Positions 1 to 8,424 of a stretch of DNA of 64,000 nucleotides are shown here, one piece after another. Below the pieces are notes generated by a model, which saw only the letters and a program-made list of their open reading frames with translations, did no database searches and had not been told where the DNA came from. The stretch lies in the NCBI GenBank assembly GCA_003242895.1, contig QKMY01000023.1, positions 1,982 through 65,981 on the forward strand, read 5' to 3'. Each line of letters opens with the position of its first letter. Positions within the stretch are counted from its first letter, which is position 1. This DNA comes from Candidatus Margulisiibacteriota bacterium (GTDB lineage: Bacteria; Margulisbacteria; Riflemargulisbacteria; GWF2-39-127). Both the position numbers and the translations under genes were made by a program.

Positions 1-525
1 ACAAATGTGAGGATTATATCAGCTAGTAATGAAGAGTTAAGCCGGAAAATAGAGAAAAACGAGTTTCGGGAAGATCTTTATCATAGAATAGCAGTGGTTC
101 CGTTAACAATTCCGCCTTTGCGTAAAAGGCAAGACGATATCCGGTTATTAGCATATTATTTTCTTGATAAGTTTAACACTAAATATAACAAAAACTTCTC
201 GGTAATAGAGGATGATGCTTTGTCCGTAATGAACTCATATCTTTGGCCAGGTAACGTGAGAGAGTTGGAGCACTTGATGGAGCGGATTGTATCTCTGGAA
301 GAAGACCGGATTGTTAAGTCGTCAGTCCTCCCTTTAGAAATGTTTGTTAAACGGGTCATACAAGAAGAGGATTCTACCTTTAAAAAACTGGTTTCGGATT
401 TTGAAAGGCATCTCATTGCAGGTGCTTTAAAGAAATGTGATAATAACCAAACTAAAACTGCTCTGATGCTTGGCCTTTCACGTACAACTTTGATCTCAAA
501 AATTGATTTATTAGGTATTAAGTAA
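1..525 (+). CDS. Sigma-54-dependent transcriptional activator (NtrC/Fis family), C-terminal part; 5'-truncated by the window edge
   Basis: AAA+ motifs VRIISASN, FREDLYHRI and WPGNVRELEH, then a Fis-type HTH (NQTKTALMLGLSRTTL). The frame is open from base 1. Confidence 0.95.
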   Translation, partial: TNVRIISASNEELSRKIEKNEFREDLYHRIAVVPLTIPPLRKRQDDIRLLAYYFLDKFNTKYNKNFSVIEDDALSVMNSYLWPGNVRELEHLMERIVSLEEDRIVKSSVLPLEMFVKRVIQEEDSTFKKLVSDFERHLIAGALKKCDNNQTKTALMLGLSRTTLISKIDLLGIK

Positions 526-2952
526 TGCCAGGTTTATTATAAAGGCAGTTCCTTTGCCTACTTTAGAATTGACAGTTATTGATCCATTATGGCTGTTTAT
601 AATTTGTGCTACTGTGCATAGGCCAATCCCTGTTCCGTTTTGTTTCGATGTGAAAAACGGTTCGAAAATACGTTCTTGTATTTCAGGAACAATCCCTCTC
701 CCTGAATCCGAAATGGTTATCGTAATTTTTTCTTCATCAGCGTATGATTCTATTTTTATGACCCCATTCGAGCCAATTGATTCAATCGAGTTAAGTATCA
801 AGTTGTTGAAGACGGATATAAAGTCCTCTTTACATAAAAATATCGGATAGGTTCTGGATAGGCCCAGCTCCAGTTTGATATTTTTTATAGTTAATTGATG
901 GTAGAAAATAGTCGCAGCTTCTTCGATTATATCTTCAATGAAACCTTGTTCTTTTTTTCCACTTCCGGGTTTAGAATAAGTCAGTAGAGTTTTTATTTTA
1001 TTATCAATCCGTTCAAGCTGCCTTGGAACAATATCCATGAATTCTTTAAGATAATCCTGATCGTTGATCATTTCAGGTAACACTTTAACGAGAGGGATAA
1101 TAACAGCGAGAGGATTTTTTATTTCGTGTGCAAGGCTTGCGGAGATTTTTCCTACGATTGATAATTTCTCGCTGTGCAAGAGAGATTTTTCTGTCTCGAT
1201 CATTCTTTCATTATTGAAGCAGTTAGCCAGTGCTAGTGAAATATGGCGTGATAATGATGCCAATAATTTTAGCTCACCAGCAGAGTATGCTTTTTTGTTT
1301 GATTTGCTGCCAAAAAAGAGGATGCCGATAAATTCATTTTTATAACAAAGAATAGTAGCAACTTCAGATTTCAGTGAATCTATAATATCTTTAATAAAGG
1401 GTAAATTTTGTAAAATATCTTCATCGTAATTTGTAATGAAATTAAGAGACTTTATTGTTTTGATTTGTTCATGAGAAATATTGTATTTGTTTATTTGGGA
1501 CTGGTCTGTTTCGATATAATTATGGATAGATGAGTTTTTTGTGTTATAAAAAAACACTGATAATTCAGTTATAAGAAAGTATTTTCTAAAAAGTTTATTT
1601 GCATGTTCTATTAGTACTTTTTTGTCGAGACTGGTAGCTATATGGTCAGAATAGTAATCCATGGCAGGTTTTAGTATCGTTTGTTCGGGAAAAAAGAAAT
1701 GGTCGGAGTACCTTTGTAAGATATATCGTAAGGGTTCAAGAAAGATAAATAGTACAAAAATATAAATGGTTGAAAATAAAATAAGGCTTTCTGTGCTCAA
1801 GCTAACTACGAGGGAATCTAAAACAATAATATAGATGCTAGCGAAGCTTAACGATAACGTTGTATATAGCAATGTTTTATTTATGAGCAGGTTAAAATCC
1901 AATATATGATTGTTAATTATCCCATAAGTCAGGGTTCCGTAGAGAATAAGTTGTGAGATCATGATTACGAGGTCATAGTAGCCTTGAAAAGCTTCAGGAA
2001 TTAAAAATAATTGAGGTAAGAGAAAAAGACATATAAAAATTGATAATGACAAAAGAATTCCTATAATAATTTTTTGTATCTTTTTTTTGTAGTATTTTTT
2101 GGTATCGGTTATCCGGGTATGGAACAATCCCCTGACTCCAAACAGAAAACACACGAATGTGTAAATAATGAAGGCTTGATTGAAATTGTCAAACGAGAAT
2201 CCCCATAGATAGGTATACAGCGTATCACTTTGGCAGATTGGCCAGCTCATAAGGACCGGTACAGATAGTAGGGCAGGAGCATACAATATCTTTGAATAAA
2301 TAGAAGGTAAATTTCTTTTATAAGACAAAGTATAACAAAAGTGCAAAAAGGAAGCTGGAAAAAACAAGTACCCTAGTCGATGAAAAGCAAATATATTCCC
2401 GGCTATAGTCTCATAGCCAAGCTGTGCAAGAATATGCTGGATGAACGAGGCAAGATAGAAGCTAAAAGGCCCAAGTATGGATATAAAAAATGGTAATCCA
2501 AGGTAGTGATGCCTGTCTCTGATTATAATGATAACAAAAATAGTAAGGAAAAAGAATGTCGTCATTAATCCGATCAGGGTTATCGCTAACTTGTAGTTCC
2601 TTGATTTCTTGGGTAAAACAATAGCAAATTTGGTTTCTTTTTTATTGAAATATTTGCTTGTAATTAGTTTGTCTGATTTGTCTGTGACAATTATTTGGTA
2701 GGGGGATCGGGGATCTATTGAATAAAACTCTACTTGCCCATTGTAGCTTGTTATTCGTTTTTCTTTGTTATTGTTCTGGACGGCAGTAACACCGTGTCCG
2801 TAATTTACATAAATATTTTTTTCGTAGATATAGCCTTTAACAGTTGCCGGAAGTGATGAATGCATCCAATGATTTGCAAAGAATATTAGTGGTATTGATA
2901 TAAGTAATAGTGAGATTAATACATTAATTATGATTTTTTTTTTAATACTCAT
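511..2952 (-). CDS. Membrane sensor histidine kinase (N-terminal TM, small extracytoplasmic beta domain, multi-TM region, GAF, HisKA, HATPase)
   Basis: H-box SLAHEIKNPL, N-box NLILNSIES, DSGRGI, FEPFFTSKQNGTGIGL and GAF-like GILFFGSK..KAYSAGELKLL. Start moved to ATG 2952 (MSIKKK), 1 nt after the upstream ORF stop. Confidence 0.93.
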   Translation of the reverse strand: MSIKKKIIINVLISLLLISIPLIFFANHWMHSSLPATVKGYIYEKNIYVNYGHGVTAVQNNNKEKRITSYNGQVEFYSIDPRSPYQIIVTDKSDKLITSKYFNKKETKFAIVLPKKSRNYKLAITLIGLMTTFFFLTIFVIIIIRDRHHYLGLPFFISILGPFSFYLASFIQHILAQLGYETIAGNIFAFHRLGYLFFPASFLHFCYTLSYKRNLPSIYSKILYAPALLSVPVLMSWPICQSDTLYTYLWGFSFDNFNQAFIIYTFVCFLFGVRGLFHTRITDTKKYYKKKIQKIIIGILLSLSIFICLFLLPQLFLIPEAFQGYYDLVIMISQLILYGTLTYGIINNHILDFNLLINKTLLYTTLSLSFASIYIIVLDSLVVSLSTESLILFSTIYIFVLFIFLEPLRYILQRYSDHFFFPEQTILKPAMDYYSDHIATSLDKKVLIEHANKLFRKYFLITELSVFFYNTKNSSIHNYIETDQSQINKYNISHEQIKTIKSLNFITNYDEDILQNLPFIKDIIDSLKSEVATILCYKNEFIGILFFGSKSNKKAYSAGELKLLASLSRHISLALANCFNNERMIETEKSLLHSEKLSIVGKISASLAHEIKNPLAVIIPLVKVLPEMINDQDYLKEFMDIVPRQLERIDNKIKTLLTYSKPGSGKKEQGFIEDIIEEAATIFYHQLTIKNIKLELGLSRTYPIFLCKEDFISVFNNLILNSIESIGSNGVIKIESYADEEKITITISDSGRGIVPEIQERIFEPFFTSKQNGTGIGLCTVAQIINSHNGSITVNSKVGKGTAFIINLALLNT

Positions 2953-2953
2953 A

Positions 2954-3088
2954 TCAAAAGATTCTACTTTCTGTGATTTTTTTGTAAATTTGAAATAGTT
3001 TAATTTTTTCTTCAATGCTTTTTATGGATCTAATTTCAGTGCTTTTTTTCATTTTTCTCTTATTTAAGTTTAAAACATTTTCTTTCAT
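2954..3088 (-). CDS. Unannotated 44-aa basic ORF (MKENVLNLNKRKMKKSTEIRSIKSIEEKIKLFQIYKKITESRIF)
   Basis: AAGGAG Shine-Dalgarno upstream of ATG 3088. It lies just downstream of the sigma-54 promoter, and its stop is coupled to the kinase start (TGA-T-ATG). Confidence 0.6.
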   Translation of the reverse strand: MKENVLNLNKRKMKKSTEIRSIKSIEEKIKLFQIYKKITESRIF

Positions 3089-3128
3089 TTTTAAAATACT
3101 CCTTGAATTTATTTTTATTTAACAAGAA

Positions 3129-3143
3129 GCATAATTTGTGCCA
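3129..3143 (-). promoter_or_regulatory. Sigma-54 (-24/-12) promoter
   Basis: The minus strand reads TGGCACAAATTATGC, with GG and GC at canonical spacing, about 40 bp upstream of the small ORF start. Confidence 0.8.
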
Positions 3144-3279
3144 ACTTTGTGAAAGCTGATATATGGACATAGAATATACCGAAGAAATTATTAATGCATA
3201 AGGACCTATAGTCCCTTGAGTGACGTGGACCACTAATTTAGCATAAAATATATTTCCAGTTTATTTCCAGATTAACGAT

Positions 3280-3314
3280 TGTCGAAATATGGATGTGTGT
3301 AAAAGATTTCGACA
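3280..3314. promoter_or_regulatory. Putative enhancer (UAS) for a sigma-54 activator
   Basis: Inverted repeat TGTCGAAAT(3280-3288)...ATTTCGACA(3306-3314), containing TGT-N11-ACA, about 140-170 bp upstream of the sigma-54 promoter. Confidence 0.55.
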
Positions 3315-3332
3315 GTTCAGGAATTGTCTGGG

Positions 3333-3857
3333 TTAATGTTGGTAGAGATTATTTCCTAGAGAGTCAATAGTTACAAATAAAGGGAGATCTTCAACGACTA
3401 ATTTGTGTATTGCTTCTGGCCCTAGATCGTGAAATGCAATAATAGTGGATTCTTTAATATATGAGGAAATCAGTGCTGCAGTTCCTCCAATACATGTGAA
3501 ATATACTGCTTTGTTTTTTTTGATTGATTCTATCGTTTCATGATTTCTATTTCCTTTGCCTATCATTCCTGCAAGGCCGCGGTCGAGGAGGGCAGGGGTA
3601 TAAGCATCCATCCGGCAGCTGGTTGTTGGGCCCGCTGACCCTATGGTTTGTCCAGGTTTCTTTGGGGTTGGCCCGACATAATAAATTATTTGCCCTTTGA
3701 GCTCAAACGGAAGGCTCTTGTTACTTTCTATGAGTTCAATGAGTTTTTTGTGGGCAGCATCACGTGCGGTGAAAATGGTGCCTGATAGGAATACTTTTTC
3801 GCCGGCACGTAGTTTGTTGAGGATATCTTTCGTGAGTGGAGCGCTTATCTTAGACAT
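3333..3857 (-). CDS. Fe-S fumarate hydratase class I, beta subunit
   Basis: Motifs TARDAAHK, YYVGPTP, SAGPTTSCRMD, MIGKG and DLGPEA; the alpha subunit lies upstream. Confidence 0.93.
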   Translation of the reverse strand: MSKISAPLTKDILNKLRAGEKVFLSGTIFTARDAAHKKLIELIESNKSLPFELKGQIIYYVGPTPKKPGQTIGSAGPTTSCRMDAYTPALLDRGLAGMIGKGNRNHETIESIKKNKAVYFTCIGGTAALISSYIKESTIIAFHDLGPEAIHKLVVEDLPLFVTIDSLGNNLYQH

Positions 3858-4401
3858 GTATTATCTCCTTTTCTGTTACAATAAAGTCCATAGGGATATC
3901 GTGTGAGCCAGACTTGAGTTGGTCGACAATTTGGAATGAATAAGCCAATCCAATTTTTATCCCATGATAGTTATGAAGTATCCTATCGTAGAAGCCTTTC
4001 CCAAATCCTACTCTATGGCCCTGTTTATCGAACGCGATCCCTGGAACGATAGTTATTTGAATATCGTTGATGCTATCTGCGTTGAGGTTCTGAGTGGCTG
4101 GAATTCCGTAAGTATGCGTTACAATGTCTTTTAGTGACGATATTTTGGATGGTACCATTTGAGAGTGATTAGCATCAATAATATACGGAACATATATGAT
4201 TTTCTCTGGTATCCATGATTTAATCAAGGCTATGGTATCTACTTCATTTTTGCAGGATATATAAGTAAAAATTGTTTTTGATGTATTAATTGCTTCAATT
4301 TTGAGTAAATTATTCTGGATCTGTGTACTTAATATGGTTACTTCCTCAGGATAAAGGTTTTTTCTTTTTTCTAATATGCTTTGTCTGATAGCTTGTTTCA
4401 T
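3850..4401 (-). CDS. ygfA: 5-formyltetrahydrofolate cyclo-ligase
   Basis: Motifs EVDT, VPGIAFDKQGHRVGFGKGFYDR and HDIPMDFIVTE. Confidence 0.93.
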   Translation of the reverse strand: MKQAIRQSILEKRKNLYPEEVTILSTQIQNNLLKIEAINTSKTIFTYISCKNEVDTIALIKSWIPEKIIYVPYIIDANHSQMVPSKISSLKDIVTHTYGIPATQNLNADSINDIQITIVPGIAFDKQGHRVGFGKGFYDRILHNYHGIKIGLAYSFQIVDQLKSGSHDIPMDFIVTEKEIIHV

Positions 4402-4418
4402 ATGTATCAGTCTTTGTC

Positions 4419-5261
4419 TTATAGAATTATTTCTTTATGCCTTGAGCTATGGCACTGAATATTTATAGCGACCGGTAAGGATGCTATGTGGCAAGGATAA
4501 GAATTAATTTTGACGCTAAGTGCAGTTGTCGTGCCTCCAAAACCGGCTGGACCAATGTTGAGTTTGTTGATTTCTTGTAGGAGCTCTATCTCTTTTTTAG
4601 CATAGAAATCATCATCATTTATGTCATCGATTTGTCGTAGAAGGGCTTTTTTTGCTAATAATGCGCAGTATTCAAATGTGCCGCCAATACCAATTCCAAC
4701 GATAATTGGAGGGCATGGATTCGCTTCAGCTTCAGTGACCGTAGCTATTACGAATCTTTTGATTCCTTCCCAGCCATCGGAGGGTTTTAGCATTGCTAAC
4801 TTGCTCATATTTTCTGCTCCGCCGCCTTTGGGACAGAACGATATTTTTAGCGAATCTCCGGGAACGATTGAAGTATGTATGATTGCTGGCGTATTATTCT
4901 CAGTATTTTTCCGTCGAAGAGGATCTTTGACAATCGATTTTCTTAAGTAGCCTTCTTGATATCCTTTGCTTACTCCGGTATTAATCGCAGAGTAGAGATC
5001 CCCGCCGCTAATGTGGACTTCCTGTCCCAGTTCAATAAAGAAAACAGCAAATCCAGTGTCTTGGCATAAGGGAATCTGATTCGTTGCTGCTATCCTTGTA
5101 TTCTGGATAATAAGATCAAGTATCTCTTGGCCTAAACAAGAGCTTTCAGTAGTTTTGCTCAGTTCAAGAGCTTTCTGTACATCCGTTGGTAAATATAAAC
5201 AGGCATTAATACAGAGATCTCTTATTGCTTTTATTATTTGATTACAATTTATTATTTTCAT
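4419..5261 (-). CDS. Fe-S fumarate hydratase class I, alpha subunit
   Basis: Motifs PLCQDTG, KGGGAEN, NPCPP, GIGGT, PCHIASLPVA and CHSSRH. Confidence 0.93.
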   Translation of the reverse strand: MKIINCNQIIKAIRDLCINACLYLPTDVQKALELSKTTESSCLGQEILDLIIQNTRIAATNQIPLCQDTGFAVFFIELGQEVHISGGDLYSAINTGVSKGYQEGYLRKSIVKDPLRRKNTENNTPAIIHTSIVPGDSLKISFCPKGGGAENMSKLAMLKPSDGWEGIKRFVIATVTEAEANPCPPIIVGIGIGGTFEYCALLAKKALLRQIDDINDDDFYAKKEIELLQEINKLNIGPAGFGGTTTALSVKINSYPCHIASLPVAINIQCHSSRHKEIIL

Positions 5262-6520
5262 TAAAGGTTTTTAATAATTGCTTGTGCATACTCCGATGTT
5301 TTTAATTCTTTTGCACCTTCTGTTTGTCGTGCAAGATCATAGGTTACTGTTTTTGCTTGTATAGTTTTCTCGATTGCTTTGTTTATAGCTTGTGCCGCAA
5401 GATCCCAAGCCATATATTCTAACATCATAACTGCTGAAAGTATCAAAGATCCTGGGTTAGCTTTATCAAGCCCTGCATATTTCGGTGCAGTACCGTGTGT
5501 AGCCTCGAAAACGGCGGTGTAATCTCCAATATTTGCGCCTGGTGCCATTCCCAGTCCGCCAACTTGCGCAGCACACGCGTCACTTAAATAATCTCCGTTA
5601 AGGTTAGGCATGGCTAATACGTCATATTCATCGGTCCTTATAAGAATTTGCTGGAACATGTTATCAGCAATTCTATCGTTAATAATTACTTTGCCTTCAG
5701 GTGCGATACCATTATAGATGCTGGTTACTTCTGCTTCGGTAATAGTGGCGTCCGCAAATTCTTTTTTTGCGAGTTCGTACCCCCATTCTTTAAATGCGCC
5801 TTCAGTGAATTTCATGATATTCCCTTTATGTACGATCGTAACCGTTTTTCGGTTATGTTCGATTGCAAACTTGATTGCCTTCCTTACTAATTGTTCCGTA
5901 GCAGTTTTCGAAATGTTTTTTATTCCTATTCCGGAGTCTGCGTTAATATTAATACCAAATTCTTTATCGAGGAATCTGATTATTTTTTTTGCTTCTTTTG
6001 AGTCTTTTTCCCATTCTAGCCCTGAATAGACATCCTCGGTATTTTCTCTGAAAATGACAACGTCCATTTTTTCAGGGTGCTTGACAGGTGCCGGAACCCC
6101 CGTGAAGTAACGGACCGGGCGAACACAGGCATAGAGGTTAAGTTTCTGCCGAATGGCTACGTTAAGGCTTCGCATTCCACCTCCGACTGGAGTTGCAAGA
6201 GGTCCTTTAATCGATATTGCGAATTCTTCAAGCGCATTTAGTGTATCTTTTGGAAGGTAGTTGCCGTCATACAGCTTGTTTGCTTTTTCGCCTGCAAAGA
6301 TTTCGAGCCAAATAATCTTTTTTTCTCCGTTATAAGTTTTTGCTACGGCCGCATCGACTACTGCAATCATTGCCTTAGTTATATCAGGGCCAATACCATC
6401 TCCTGCGATATAAGGAATAATCGGATTGTCTGGTATGGATAGAATTCCATTCTTTGTATTTACTTTTGAGCCTTCCTCCGGAAGCGTGATCTTTTCATAT
6501 GAATAGTTGAACATTGACAT
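5261..6520 (-). CDS. icd: Isocitrate dehydrogenase (NADP, dimeric E. coli type)
   Basis: Motifs [45 protein letters not shown] and [12 protein letters not shown]. Start placed after AAAGGA. Confidence 0.96.
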   Translation of the reverse strand: MSMFNYSYEKITLPEEGSKVNTKNGILSIPDNPIIPYIAGDGIGPDITKAMIAVVDAAVAKTYNGEKKIIWLEIFAGEKANKLYDGNYLPKDTLNALEEFAISIKGPLATPVGGGMRSLNVAIRQKLNLYACVRPVRYFTGVPAPVKHPEKMDVVIFRENTEDVYSGLEWEKDSKEAKKIIRFLDKEFGININADSGIGIKNISKTATEQLVRKAIKFAIEHNRKTVTIVHKGNIMKFTEGAFKEWGYELAKKEFADATITEAEVTSIYNGIAPEGKVIINDRIADNMFQQILIRTDEYDVLAMPNLNGDYLSDACAAQVGGLGMAPGANIGDYTAVFEATHGTAPKYAGLDKANPGSLILSAVMMLEYMAWDLAAQAINKAIEKTIQAKTVTYDLARQTEGAKELKTSEYAQAIIKNL

Positions 6521-6636
6521 TGTTTGATCCTTTCTAATTCCTGGTCTTGTTGTCATCTCGTAGTTTTAGGTCGAGCGAAATTCAATAGTTTATCCGCTAA
6601 ATTTTTACTTATGATGAAACTGGGAATAATTATTTG

Positions 6637-7140
6637 TTATATTGAAAGCTTAAAGTCTCCATGTTTAGCAATGTGGGAAGCAAGTCCGCCATCATTGAGG
6701 ATTGTTATCATAACGTCAGGTAAGGGAACGAAAGTAATATCGATACCAGTTGTTATGTTCTTAATGATGCCTAGTGAAAGGTCAATTTCCAAAGTGTCCC
6801 CCTGATTAATCAAATCGGTATCACATATTAAAGCTGGAAGTCCGACATTTATCGCATTTCGGAAAAAAATCCTTGCAAATGATTTTGCCAGTACTGCTGA
6901 TACCCCTGACAGTTTAATGATTGTTGGTGCATGTTCCCGGCTGGAACCAAGACCAAAGTTGCTTCCTCCGACTACGATATCGCCCGGGGACATGCTCGAT
7001 GCAAAGTTAGGATCTGCATCTTCTAATACGTGTTTTGCTAATTCCGGCAAATTAGATCGAAGATGAAACAATCGCCCGGGGGCTATGTGGTCCGTACTAA
7101 TATTATCTCCAAATTTCCACGATTTACCTGTTAAAGACAT
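6637..7140 (-). CDS. Aconitase-family hydro-lyase small subunit (LeuD/HacB-like)
   Basis: Motifs FGDNISTDHIAPG, NFGLGSSREHA and SFARIFFRNAINVGLP. Confidence 0.92.
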   Translation of the reverse strand: MSLTGKSWKFGDNISTDHIAPGRLFHLRSNLPELAKHVLEDADPNFASSMSPGDIVVGGSNFGLGSSREHAPTIIKLSGVSAVLAKSFARIFFRNAINVGLPALICDTDLINQGDTLEIDLSLGIIKNITTGIDITFVPLPDVMITILNDGGLASHIAKHGDFKLSI

Positions 7141-7156
7141 TGATTAAAAGTCCTCC

Positions 7157-8410
7157 TTACATAAGATCTCTAGGATCAGAAATTTCACCTTTAATTGCTG
7201 CTGCTGCTGCTGTAGCAGGAGAAGAGAGAAAGATATTCCCTTTTACATTTCCCATTCTTCCTTCGAAGTTCCTGTTCTGTGTCGCGAGACAGTTTTCTCC
7301 GTCACCTAATATTCCTTGATGGACACCAACGCAAGCGCCACAACCCGGAGTGTTGATCGCTGCTCCAGCCTCAATAAATGTTTCAATGAGGCCTTCGCGT
7401 ACGGCGTCAAGAAAAACTTGCTTTGAAGCAGGTGTTACAATGAGTCTGGTTGCTGGGTGCCTTTGTTTGTTTTTAAGTATCTGGGCCGCAATTCTCAGGT
7501 CTTCGAGCCGTCCATTAGTGCAGGTCCCAATAAATACTTGATGGACCTTGATCCCAAGGCTTTCCTTGATTGTTTTTGTGTTATCGACAGTGTGAGGGTG
7601 CGAAATCATTGGCTCCAGTTTTGTCACATCAATTTCGATAACCCTATCGTAGTCTGCATTATTGTCTGGTTCCAGGGAAACCCATTTATCGCCTCTGCCC
7701 ATTTTTTCTAAATAATCTTTAGTTATCTCGTCAGAACTGAATAAACCGCATTTAGCGCCGGCTTCAACAGCCATATTCGCAAGTGTAAGTCTGTCATGCA
7801 TCGGCATTTTATCTATTGTTGGGCCGCAAAATTCGAGAGATTTATATGTTGCACCGTCAGCGCCTATCAACCCGATGAGATGTAACATCAAATCTTTGGC
7901 GTATACTCCTTTGGGGAAATCTCCTGTAACGGCAATTTTAAATGTTTCAGGGACTCTAAGCCATGTTCGGCCAAGTGCTATCCCGATTGCTACATCGGTT
8001 GATCCCATTCCGGTAGCAAAAGCGCCTAAGGCTCCACCGGTGCACGTATGAGAATCGGCTCCTATTATTATATCCCCGGGATTAATGTATTTTTCTGCTG
8101 TGATCTGATGGCATACACCTTCGCCAACATCGCTCAGTATTGCTCCTGTTTTTTTTGCGAATTCACGTAAGGCCATATGATCGTTCGAGAGTTCTTTTCG
8201 TGAACTGGGCGCTGAATGATCGATAAATAGGATTGTTCTCTCGGGATTTGAAGCTTTTTCCAGCCCGATTTTTTGCAGTTGTTTAATTGCTAAAGGGCCT
8301 GTTCCGTCTTGAGTGATACAGATGTCAACCTTTGCAATAACGATTTCACCTGCAGAAACGTCTTTGTCTGCATGTGCGCTAATTATTTTTTCTACTAACG
8401 TTTTCCCCAT
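7157..8410 (-). CDS. Aconitase-family hydro-lyase large subunit (LeuC/HacA-like)
   Basis: Motifs FIDH, GVCHQ, GADSHTCT, GTCTNGR, PGCGACVG (Fe-S ligands) and NRNFEGRMG. Confidence 0.93.
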   Translation of the reverse strand: MGKTLVEKIISAHADKDVSAGEIVIAKVDICITQDGTGPLAIKQLQKIGLEKASNPERTILFIDHSAPSSRKELSNDHMALREFAKKTGAILSDVGEGVCHQITAEKYINPGDIIIGADSHTCTGGALGAFATGMGSTDVAIGIALGRTWLRVPETFKIAVTGDFPKGVYAKDLMLHLIGLIGADGATYKSLEFCGPTIDKMPMHDRLTLANMAVEAGAKCGLFSSDEITKDYLEKMGRGDKWVSLEPDNNADYDRVIEIDVTKLEPMISHPHTVDNTKTIKESLGIKVHQVFIGTCTNGRLEDLRIAAQILKNKQRHPATRLIVTPASKQVFLDAVREGLIETFIEAGAAINTPGCGACVGVHQGILGDGENCLATQNRNFEGRMGNVKGNIFLSSPATAAAAAIKGEISDPRDLM

Positions 8411-8424
8411 TGATTGCCTCCAGA

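Noticed and set aside
2934..2943. A10 tract in the first codons of the kinase as a phase-variation site
   Set aside because: The frame is intact, and similar A/T runs are common in this AT-rich window.
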